Origin: Chlorokybus atmophyticus
Lineage: Eukaryota; Plantae; Mesostigma and Chlorokybus algae
DNA: 64,000 nucleotides
Direction: 5' to 3'
Assembly (NCBI GenBank): GCA_009103225.1
Contig: RHPI01003389.1
Coordinates: forward strand, 124,001 to 188,000
Positions within the stretch are counted from its first letter, which is position 1; every line of letters begins with the position of its first letter. The notes beneath the pieces were generated by a model. The model had not been told where the DNA came from and ran no database searches. It worked only from the letters and a program-made list of their open reading frames with translations. Positions 53,787-64,000 of this stretch are shown in pieces. The translations under genes and the position numbers were made by a program.

Positions 53787-55079
53787 GTGGACACTCACAG
53801 TGCACCAGCTGCAGTGGACACTCACTGTGTCATTGGCGGGGCCATTAAGAAGTATGCAGAAGAGCGTAAAGCTCTACTTGCTGCCCACCCTCAGCTTCGT
53901 CAAGAAACGTGGGATGCATGGGCGCAGACGGTTCGTGATGGCTATGAGACAGACTTTGCCACACTCCCTCGTGCAAGCAAGGAGATGGTGATCCGCATGC
54001 TCGAGCTTGAGCTGACGAACAACATCCCGCCACTCGTGCGAGGTGATCCAAAGGTGGCTGCTATCATGACCGTATATGATAAGCCTCTCCCTTACCAAGG
54101 CAAGCGAATGGCGTTTGAGGCTTTGGCTACCTTGGGAGTGGAAACCTCACAGCTTTGTAAGGACGTGTTCTGGTACTTGGGACCTGACTTGGAAGACAAG
54201 TTAACTGGCCGAGTGCAGTTGACGGCACGCCTCGATGCTATGCAGTCTGAGTTGGTGGCGCTACGCCAACAGGTGGCGGGTACTACTTCAGCAGCTGGTG
54301 CATCAGCGGGGCTGCCGGTTACAGCACCGAATAAGCTAGAAAAGTTCAAGATCAATGGCAGTGTCAGCATCCATTTTTGGGTGGTCACTGTCGAGCACTA
54401 CTTGACGGCACTCAAGCGCCCGGTTAATGAGCACATTGCTATTGCTAAGTTGCTTAAGCCATCTAATGCTCTCGCCGAATGGGAGAGGCAGACAGAAGAT
54501 GGTGCTGCCAAGACAGTGGAGGCACTTTTCCAGTTCCTGGTGGAACGCTATGGTGGCATGGACCCGGCTACTCAGGCTCGCAACAAGCTCAGCAAGTTGC
54601 GCCAGAATGGTCGGGCGGCCTCAGCCTATCTGCAGGAGTTTCAGGCATTGGTGGGTCGTGCAAACAGCGGCCTCATGCCATGGACAAGGCCGAGCAGTTT
54701 GAGTTGTACAAGCGCAGCTTGGATGCGCGTGTGTGATCAGTTGCAGTACAACACGGCAACGGGACTTCCTTGGGTTCCAGAGGACTTGGCCAAGCTGCAG
54801 AAGCTGAGCGTGACCCTGTACAATGATGACACGGCGGTGCAGGACAAGTCACATGTGGCAGTTTCGGCCAAGCCGTCGGGGGTGGGAGGAAAGCGTTTCT
54901 CTCATCCGAGTGCACACCTGGCAAAGAAGGCGAAGACATTTGGTGCTTCTACCAGTGGCGCACCGATTGGTGGTGCCATGCCTGCTGCTACTCGCACCTA
55001 TTACGTCTGTCATCAGCCTGGCCACATCGCAAAGAACTGCCTAACCAAGGGGAAGGGCAAGGCCAAGAAGGTTGAATAG
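53787..55079 (+). pseudogene. gag: gag (probably with compensating frameshifts)
   Basis: Long frame upstream of pol ending in a degenerate knuckle YYVCHQPGHIAKNC. Confidence 0.8.
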
Positions 55080-55479
55080 GATTACGCCGTTACTGATGTA
55101 GAAGTGGTTGATAATTAGTTGCTTGTACTAATAGCAAACTGAGCTGATGAGCTGTCCCAAGTGCATGTAATGACGCATGCATGGCAAGCACATAGCAGGT
55201 TGCCACTTTTTTATGTTGAAAAGGTGGAAGAAAATGCTTGTGTGTTTTGTGGTACATGTGGAGTCTAACATGCTTACCGATGTGTTGCACACTTTGACTG
55301 AGTTGTCAAATAAGCACAGAACCTTAAGTGTGGTAGTGATGGTGCCTCAATATCATGGCCCATGGTTGAAACAAACTTGAGGGAGAACTGTGTTGAAGCA
55401 GTTTAGCAAGCGTGAAACAAGGACAGTGCGATTATTAGCAATTTTACTCAACCCTCGCATTAGTCATGGACTCTTGGCT

Positions 55480-58400
55480 ACTTTCCAAGGACGGGTTGTA
55501 CCTCTGTTGTGGACATTGAGTGGCACAATGCAGGGGATAACGAGTTCGTTCTTGATTGACACTGGTGCAACACACAACTTTATTGAGGAACAATGGGTTG
55601 TGCGCAATACAATAGCGTGTAAACCCTCAGCATTTTCAGCTGCCGGTGCGGGGGGTACGTTGCCAGTGAAGGAGGAGTTAAAATGACGGTCAAGATTGGT
55701 AGCTATCATGCCAACCTCACCTTCATAATGGTGTCCATCAACATAACTGGTGTTGATGTGGTACTCGGGCAGGAATGGCAGGAAAGTGTCAATATGACAT
55801 TAGATACTGGTGCACGATTGTGCACAGTGAGAAAGGGTCGTAAGCGAGTGACGCTGTCTGTGAGAGGGTCCCATAGCTTGGTACATAAGCAATCGGACCT
55901 CGCGCTTCTCACCGCACTGCAAGTGAAGCGTGCGTTGCGTAAAAACACACCGGCTTTTCTTGTGCACTTAACGTCGTCTGATGACTTTGTGCCAGGCAGT
56001 ACGGAAGGTGTTGCAGACATCATTGAGAAATATTAGGACATATTCTCAGATGCGTTGCCAGGCTTACCCCCTCATCGAGGTGTCGGACACACAATACCAT
56101 TACTTCCTGATAGTGAACCTCCGTTCCGGCCTATATATAGGCTCAGCCCCAATGAGAGGGGGGAAATGGAAACTCAAATCAAGCAATTGTTGGAGAAGGG
56201 ATTAATTGAACCAAGTTCTTCACCCTTTGGCGCACCCATTTTATTTGTGATGAAAAAGAATGTAAAATTGCGCATGTGTGTAGATTATCGTGCTTTGAAC
56301 AAGATGACGTTTAAGAATCGATACCCGCAACCACGGATTCATGATGTGTTTGATAAGCTGTCGGGGAATGCGTGTTATAGTACGCTAGACTTGACAAGCG
56401 GTTATCATCAAATCCGTATTCACCCTTCTGATGTTTACAAGACAGCATTCAGAACACCTTCAGGTCATTATCAATACAAAGTGTTACCTTTTGGATTGAC
56501 AAATGCACCTGCGGTGTTTCAGAAGGCAATGAATAAAATTCTTGGTAATATGCTGAGCAAGCAGGTTATGGTTTACTTGGATGACATTATTGTCTTCAGT
56601 AAAACAAAAGAAGAGCACAAAAAGCACCTGGAAGCGGTGTTTGCTTTACTGCGAGCACATCGCTTGTTTGCCAACTTGTCAAAGTGTGACTTTTGCAAGA
56701 CAGAGTTGCCATTCCTAGAGCACATTGTGAGTGGTGCGGGTGTCAAACCTGACCCTCGCAAAGTGCAAGTGGTAAAAGATTGGCCTCAACCTAAGAATAT
56801 CCATCAATTGCGATCATTCTTGGGGTTGGCAAACTACTTTTGCAAGTTTATGATGGGGTACCCTACAGTTGTGGTGCCTTTGCCAAAACTGTTGCGAAAG
56901 GATGCCTCATTTTCTTGGACAGCAGCACAAGAAGCTGCTATGCAACAAGTGAAGCTGGCTTTAACTTCGGCACCAGTATTGGCATTGCCAAACTGCGATA
57001 AACACTTCACTGTGATTAGCGATGCCTCCACCCTTGAGTGTGGTGCAGTACTGCTACAGGATGGCCGACCATGTGCTTATGAGAGTAGGAAATTCATCCC
57101 AGCAGAGGTGAACTACACTACCACTGAGCAGGAATTGCTTGGTATAGTGCATGCTCTTGATCATAGCGATGTTACTTAAAGGGAGTTCAGTTCACAGTGG
57201 TGACTGATCACAACCCGTTGGTGTACTTCTTAACACAGCTAAACTTGTCGCGTAGGCAAGCTCGCTAGAATGAGTTCCTGTCGCGGTTTACCTTTGAATG
57301 GGTATACCGGCCGGGCAGGACCAATGTGGCAGATCCTCTGAGTCGCTGTCCGTCATTGTTGGCAGTTATGCGTGCGCAGTTGCTTGCAACGCAGGGTACA
57401 TTGCCTCCTGATGATGATTTTGTGCAAGTGTTTTACAGGGGTATGCATTAGACCCATGGTTCTCTATACAAGACAATGTACAAAAGCTTGACAAAAGAGA
57501 CAACTTGTATTATATGGGCGCCAGCTTGGTGATACCTGACCATGCTGGGTTGCGCATGAAATGCATAGCTGAAGTACACGATCCACCGTATGCTGGGCAC
57601 TTTGGGGGTCGCAAGACTAATAAGGCAGCGCAACAGATGTACTGGTGGCCATCGTTGCCTGTTGACGTGAAGCATTATGTTGACACGTGTGACAAATATC
57701 AGCGTGACAAGCCGTTACGTAAGAAACCCGCTGGGTTGCTGCGACCTTTGCCTGTTCCTGATGGCAAGTGGGAAAGTGTGAGTATGGACCTAATTACTGA
57801 GCTCCTGGAGACAGCATTAGGGCACACTGCGGTTGCAGTTTTTGTGGACCGTTTAACAACAATGGTTCACATTGTCCCTTACCGCACGGAAATAGGCTCC
57901 CGTGAGTTAGCGATGGTTTTTGTCGCCTCTGTGTGTAAGTTACATGTCTTGCCGCGTAACTTCGTATCTGGTCGCGATCCGCGATATGTAGCTTAGTTCT
58001 GGAAGTCGCTATGCAGCTTTTTACATATTCGACAGAACATGATCACAGCTTACCATCCACAGATGGATGGTCAGATAGAGCGCGCCAATCAAGTGATTGA
58101 GGAAACCATCCGGCATTATGTGAGTCCGAACCAATCCAATTGGGATGTTTATCTCTCAATGGCTGAGTTCGCGATTAACAATGCATGGCAAGAGAGTGTG
58201 CAGGAAACTCCGTTTTTCTTGAGTTATGGAGTGCATCCACTGAGTCCTACAAATATTAAGTTGCCCGCTACAGACAACACTCGCGTACCTGCAGCGCGCG
58301 AGATGGCTTCGGCCATGCATGATAGGTTAGCGTTGGCAAAGGACTGTCTGCGCGCAGCGCAAGACAGACGAAAAGCCCATGCTGATGCGCAGCGTAGAGA

Positions 58401-58800
58401 GGCTAACTACGATGTGGGCTGTTCGGTGCTTCTCAGCACGAAAAACATATCCATCAAGGGAGTGGGTACCCGCAAGTTTTTCCCTCGCTTGATAGGCCCT
58501 TTTGCAGTGATTGATCGGGTCGGCACTCACGCGTATCGTTGGGACTTGCCAACATCGATACGCATTCACAATGTGTTTCATGTGAGTGTATTAAAACCGT
58601 ACCGTTCTGATGATCGGGTTCAACCTCCTCCACCCCCCGTTGCAATGGATGGCGACGATACTTTGGAGTATGAGGTGGAAGCAATCATGAGTCATCGTAA
58701 GCCTCGACGCGGACGCGCGCCGTCTTAGTTGGTGAAATGGAAAGGGTATGATTTTGAGCACAATACATGGGAGCCTGAAAGGAATCTTACCAACCGCCAG
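55480..58800 (+). pseudogene. pol: pol: protease, RT, RNase H, integrase, chromodomain (multiple stops and frameshifts)
   Basis: LIDTGATHN; RMCVDYRALN, LDLTSGYHQ, PFGLTNAP, YLDDI; DAS...GAVLLQ; HDPPYAGHFG; SMDLIT; YHPQMDGQIER; GPF; EYEVEAI...LVKWKGY...NTWEPERNL. Confidence 0.95.
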
Positions 58801-58957
58801 GAAATTCTCCGGGGGTACTAGAGTACTGTGTCCACACGCAAACGGTAAAAGGGTTCTGGCAGACATCTTTACCGCTTCGGCCCTGATTCTCTTACTACTT
58901 TTGTTTCTTTACTCGTGGTGGGGCTTTGCTAACCCTTCAATGAGGACATTGAAACCC

Positions 58958-58970
58958 AAGTGGGGGGGAT
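58958..58970 (+). promoter_or_regulatory. Polypurine tract
   Basis: AAGTGGGGGGGAT immediately before the 3' LTR. Confidence 0.85.
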
Positions 58971-59307
58971 GGTAACGGTGTGCTACCTCCATAGAGGTTC
59001 CCCGCCCTTATTTAGGATTGAATAAGGGTCCCAACGGGATTATACAGCCTATTAAGCCATATTAGGGTCGTTAACCGATGTTAAGGCCCTAATGTAGTGT
59101 TACTTATCTGTAACACTGATGTCGACAATCGACATGAGTCTCATGTCGATATCAGCCGCATGGCGGCGCTGCTAACGCAGCAGCCGCCATAGCCAGGGGA
59201 TCTTCTGCTCTGGCAGTTGCCCCTGGCGGCGGCGGCGTGGGCGGCGTGGCTGGTGGTGGTGTTGGGGTAGGGAATTAAAGGAGGCGGTAGCATCCCCTCT
59301 TCTTACA
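58971..59307 (+). repeat. 3' LTR
   Basis: GGTAACGG...CTTCTTACA. Confidence 0.95.
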
Positions 59308-60989
59308 CCATGCCAACCAGGGGCTGCCCTGTGACTGTGTGATGGCTAGACTGACGTGTTAAGCCGCCCAATGCTCAACACGATGGCGGTCTGCCCAAAA
59401 GGTGCTGTCTTCTTGGAAGCCGTCAACACTCACGGACATGTCAAAAATGCTCCATATGTAGTCACTCAGATCATCACCGCCAACAAGGTACGTCCTTCAT
59501 ATTGTCAACTTAACATTGCGAGCAATGATGCAAGTGCGTGCATGTGCTGGTCCGTTCTCTTTATGCGCATGCATATGTGTGCGCGTGCGTGCGTGGGTGT
59601 GTTGATTGAGTGCATGCATGTGTGTGCTGGCTCGGTGATGTTTGTGTGCATGCGTTCGACTGCGCATGTGTGTTGGTCTGTTCAGTTTGTGTGCATGCGC
59701 GTGCGTGTGTTCAATTTGTGTGCATGCATTTCGATGCGTGTGTGTTGGTCTGTTCAGCTTGTCTGCATGCTTGCAACGTCTTCGCATCTTACTGCAGAAT
59801 GGCAATAACTTTCTCGCTGACTTGTTGTTTTGGCACAAGTTGGGCCTGAGAATGTGGTGCAATTCTGCACCAACAGTGCGGCAATTTGCCACTGCTGGGG
59901 ACTTGGTTAACGCCGAGTTTTCACACATCATGTGGGCACCATGCACGGTTCATTGCTTTTAACCTGCTCCTGAAAGATCTTGACGACTTGTCATGGATTC
60001 CGGGGCCCATCAGCGAGGTGAAATAGATGATTGAACTTTGTCACCAACCATCATAGAAGCAATGCCATCTTTGAGGCAAAGTTGCAATTGAAACTACTCA
60101 AGCCAGGTGACACAAGGTTCGGCACCAACTTCTTGATGCTGCAACGAATGGCCGAAGTGAAGGATGCTCTTGAGGCCATTGTGGTGGACCGAGCATGGAA
60201 GGCTTGGGTGGAGTCTTCAAGGGGACTCGCGGAGGCTGCCGACAAAGTGCGTGCCATGGTGTTGTCAACGTCATTCTAAAAGGCGCTTCAGCTGATCACA
60301 AAGCTTACTGAGCCTATCATGAAGTTGCTCATGCTAGTGGATGGCAACAAGCCTGCAGTAGGCCAGGTGTATGTTAACATGTTTGACATCATTCAACACA
60401 TCAGCAACATGGGGCTGAGCAATGCCACAACCCGAACAGTCCGCAACTTGTGGCGAGCTGGATGGGATTGTTACTAATTGAGCGCAAGTAACAAGCGCGT
60501 ATCTTAGCCAACCTAGACTTAAGCACGTGCTTCTATACTTACAATTGACATGTGATGCACGGGGAGATGAGGCTAAGTCCGTTTGTAAGGTGTGGCACAC
60601 GCTCATACACTTCACACAAGCATATCCAAGCACGTGCACACTTAAGGCAAGCATACAACCAAGGCAATGATCAGCCAAGTCTTGAAGCCTTTCTAAGTAG
60701 CTGTATACTCCCAATAGAACAAGGGACCTGCGCTCAACTAGCTGCAACAGAAGTTAAGGACACTTACATACCCTCTTACCATGTCTCTACAACCGTTTTA
60801 ACCACTTTATCTGCCATAACCACCTTACCTCTTAAATTTGTCACAACCAGCGATTCTCAGTCACATGTGAATCTTGCCAGCATAATGGAGTTACTCATTG
60901 ATGTGCGAAACGTAACTCAGCTCTACTGATGCAATATAACTCAAAAAGCCTTCATAACCGATGCGTTGCGCCAACGACAGGCACGCGCA

Positions 60990-61040
60990 TGACATCTATC
61001 GTGCCATATCCCGTCGTTGCTCGCAGGATGTCGTCCACGA
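60990..61040 (+). mobile_element. Short inverted copy of the CRE-like endonuclease region
   Basis: TGCCATATCCCGTCGTTGCTCG(C)AGGATG matches the reverse complement of ~61730-61757. Confidence 0.6.
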
Positions 61041-61499
61041 CTTTGTACTGACCTCACGATGCTGCACCTTCTCCACCTTCACAGGTTGTAACATCCTCCA
61101 TGCATGCATGCGAGCTCACAATCCTTCCAAAGCTGCCCACTAATGTACATACTCGTACACATGATACGACACCAACAAGCGCGCATCACACCCCCTTCAG
61201 CTGGTGTTTATGTCCCCAAAAATGCCAATTGATCTCCTCACTCGCCTTCACCCACATCCGTTGCATCCGTCCACCACCTCAACTCGAGCCTCCTCAACCT
61301 GTCTCACTTGCAACGAGAAGAACGCCTTTTTACCATCACCATGCTCCCAGCCTAGCCTGAAAAAGCCTTGCTCCAACAAGTTGTTCACTCCCCCTCCCAC
61401 CGAATACAAAAACTCGTGCCTCAATAGTACATCATAGCTCCTCCCCTCAGTGATAAGGCAATGAGCACCAAGAGTGGTTTGCCCTCCACCATGTGCAGC

Positions 61500-62830
61500 C
61501 AGCTAGATTTGTACGGGCTTCAATGTTCACTGCAAACACAGCCTCACCCCCTCCTCCAGCTGCCGCGTGCAAGCGAGGTGTCCGCGCTCGTTGCCAAGGT
61601 GGCAAAGTTGAAGTCGCCGCTGACGGGGCTGCGCACGCAACCGGAAGGCAAGCAAAAGGGTGTCCGACAGAAAAAGGATGATGATGATGGAGGTGTGTAT
61701 GCGTACTTGGCGTATAGCGCGGCGTGGTGCATCCTCGAGCAACGACGGGATATGGCATGACAGAACCTCCTCTGGGCGGATGGGCATGAAACCCGTTTGC
61801 TCGCAGCTGACGACAAAGCCAGACTCCGTCAGCAGAGCAAACACCTCGTCACGCACCGCATCGTGCGTGGTCGTGCGCGCTCATCCGACACCGCGGTGGA
61901 GCAGGTGGGTGCCCTCCGGCTGCAGCAACACAAGGTGAGCCACGCTAGCCAGCAGCGGGTGTGGTATCCCAAGACGCTCGCATATGCCGCCCAAAAAGTG
62001 TTGCTTGACAGCCTCGTCGCCGGTGTCAACGGCAGTCCCGTCAACCACGCATTAGCACCCAACCCGCGGCCGACAGTCGACGTAATATGTCCTCAACCGG
62101 TGCGCCACTGTCGTGGATAGCAATCATGGCGTCTACCGTCTGCCCCCGGTCCTGCTGCAAGAATCGTGCCGTGGTGCGCACAAATGCCGAGAACGGTGGT
62201 ATCAGGTGACGCAACGCCGGCGGCAACGAAGAAGAAACTGCTGCGCGCAAGACCTACTGAAACGCGAGTGCGCCGTCGACACCCTAGGGTCTTCATGGCT
62301 CTAACCATCTCGCCATCCATTTGCAGACAATGACGTCGCAGCTCCGCGGCCGTTGCACCCCAGCCGCCCATAAAGGCTGCGAGCGCATGAGACGTCACAC
62401 ATCGCAGCCCAACGCCTACAGCCGCTACAGGCAACGATGCCTGCACCGTGATGCAGGTCCCTCTGCTTTTTGTACTCAACAATACGGGCTGCCGCAACAA
62501 CTGCCGTAAAGTCTTCTGCGAACCATCAAAAACCTTGAGCTGTCACAAACCTTCGGCAAGGGCGCCACTATACGTGTGAGATATGAGGGGCGTGCTCCCA
62601 TACAAAGCGTCAGCAGCAGCACCGCCACTTGTGTATCACTCAACTCCTCCAATGCCGACAGCACCGCCATGTGGTCGCGAAGGGTAGTGGAACAGTGGCG
62701 GCGCACGAAAGTTGGTGACCCCAACGGCACGCCCAACGCCACCACACCATTAGCGATGCCTCGCACCTCCTCAGGCAGAGTCATCACTGCCGCAGCAACA
62801 GGCATTGTCATAGTACCTGCCACACCGCCG
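61500..62830 (-). mobile_element. 5'-truncated, decayed CRE-like non-LTR retrotransposon
   Basis: GVVALGVPLGSPTFV...LLLTLCMGARPSYLTR (RT thumb), GANAWLTGLP, Cys-rich segment, then RDEVFALL...EQTGFMPIRP; several frameshifts. Confidence 0.75.
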
Positions 62831-63024
62831 GTAGCATCAGCCTTGTGTGCTTAAGTGTTGTGTGCGCTCTTGCATCTGGACCATTGGAAAGCTCATACAA
62901 GAAACACCCCAACTTCGTGAAATGCAATCACTAGGCCAACTCATCAATTGCCCCACATGCATGCAAAGAACATACGTGTTGTATGTGAGAGTGCGCTGGT
63001 AATGATGACTGACTGCATGTATGT

Positions 63025-63250
63025 GATAAAACGGCGGTGTGCCTTGCATGCATGAATCCCGCCTTACATCTTTTGTACAATGTGGTGTATGAAGGCGCAT
63101 GCACCAAACATGCAAGTGTGAGCAGCTTCTCAAACACTAAAAATTTGAGGTGTGAGCAGCACACAGCATGCGGGCAATCATTGTCATTCAGGAGTTCACC
63201 ACCGGGCTGACCTATTCTACCTTCACTACCACTACTCATTGACACCACCA
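63025..63250. mobile_element. Fragments of the CACCACCGGG repeat family
   Basis: GCGGTGTGCCTTGCATGCATGAA...CATCTTTTGTACA matches ~28890-28930; TTCACCACCGGGCTG at ~63195. Confidence 0.6.
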
Positions 63251-63662
63251 CCCCAGTAGACATGCAAGCATGCATATAATCTGCAAACTACCTACACAAT
63301 GTGCAGTCTTGCCCAAATTTTTGCGTATGCATGACCACCAAACAGTAGCAGGCATCATGCATGCCATACACTGTGGGCATATTGCGTGTGCAGCCATGTT
63401 TCCATCCAGGCTTGGCGGATATGTATAATACGCCAAGGCTTGGATAACATTGTGCGCGCACGTACTGCACTGATTCCGCCACTGACACCATATAATCACA
63501 AAGCATGCATGATGCAACTAACATCATTCCATCATGTACAATGAATGGCCATAACACAGCCCGCATGTACCACCAAGAAGAAAGAGTTCGGCAGGAGCAC
63601 AACATACGTACCAGGTAGAGAATGCACAAGTTTTGAATGAGAATCTACACTAAATGTAATTG

Positions 63663-63976
63663 TCACGACGAAATAAGCCCTTGCTTTTGTAAATAGAGCG
63701 TTAGACTCCGATAAAAGGCAAGCTGATCATGCGGATGAAGGGCCGCCACCTGTGCAACAGATGCAAGTGCATCATGTTCATTTTGCATACTACTAAACAA
63801 GTTGCATCAAGCAGTATCAGGCTGCAACATGGCTGTGTGCAACTGCCCCCATATGACAAGACCACGTAGTATGGTCAACTTGTATGACCTACCTTTGACA
63901 CAAGCCGCGACACCGTGGATGCAGACTGGGCCACCATGTTCTGGTAATAGATATACGAGAACACCGCCATCACGCA
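63663..63976 (-). CDS. Last two exons of a gene entering from the right edge
   Basis: Exons 63893-63976 (CVMAVFSYIYYQNMVAQSASTVSRLVSK) and 63663-63749 (VAALHPHDQLAFYRSLTLYLQKQGLISS*), in phase with GT-AG. Confidence 0.5.
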
Positions 63977-64000
63977 CTGGCAACGCATTAGTGATTAGTT

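Larger units (their letters stand above)
52414..59307 (+). mobile_element. Full-length, decayed Ty3/gypsy chromovirus LTR retrotransposon
   Basis: Two LTRs, PBS, gag with zinc knuckle, PR-RT-RH-IN order, chromodomain, PPT. Confidence 0.97.
51590..60475 (+). mobile_element. Decayed hAT-like transposase (BED zinc finger + DUF659 region), interrupted by an LTR element
   Basis: WKHV...CMHCDK...RIQAHL; PPSYNTLCTTLLEEE; CDG*TDVLSRPMLN; GPENVVQFCTNSAA; WAPCTVHC; KPGDTRFGTNFLML; stops and frameshifts; termini not found. Confidence 0.85.

Noticed and set aside
53787-55079. Apparently intact 430-aa gag suggesting domestication
   Set aside because: Around 54670-54735 another frame (AMDKAEQFELYKRSLDARV) reads better, implying compensating frameshifts, and the first knuckle Cys is lost
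59560-59775. TG-rich imperfect tandem repeats producing Cys/Val-rich ORFs
   Set aside because: Low-complexity intron of the decayed transposase
55390-60300. Alternative genetic code (TAA/TAG read as Gln) to explain in-frame stops
   Set aside because: Actin and NADK end at TAG where expected; stops in the elements fall at conserved Trp positions (CDG*TD, AR*NEF) and co-occur with frameshifts

Overview
Intron-rich eukaryotic nuclear DNA, about 50-55% GC, with GC-rich promoter islands and TG/CA-rich introns. An early-diverging streptophyte green alga is the likely source. This is inferred from plant-type actin intron positions, a plant NADK2 architecture and a class I phosphodiesterase. Host genes: an unidentified minus-strand gene at the left edge, a ycf45/SpoIIIAA-like AAA ATPase with an extra N-terminal winged-helix-like domain, an unknown membrane protein, actin, a bacterial-type NagD/HAD-IIA phosphatase, a plastid-type NAD kinase, RNA polymerase III subunit C11, a membrane-anchored cyclic-nucleotide phosphodiesterase, and the 3' end of another gene at the right edge. 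The most unusual structure is a head-to-tail triplication (~13.8-30.2 kb) with breakpoints inside the actin 5'-leader intron and inside the convergent NagD gene. It leaves one promoter-bearing actin, one promoterless but fully open divergent actin with substitutions at filament contacts, one actin pseudogene, one intact NagD, and two NagD 3' fragments that precisely lack one intron present in the intact gene. Mobile DNA includes a chromodomain Ty3/gypsy element nested in a decayed hAT (BED + DUF659) transposase, a solo LTR, CRE-like non-LTR fragments and a dispersed inverted-repeat family. All calls are from manual reading; no database search was run.
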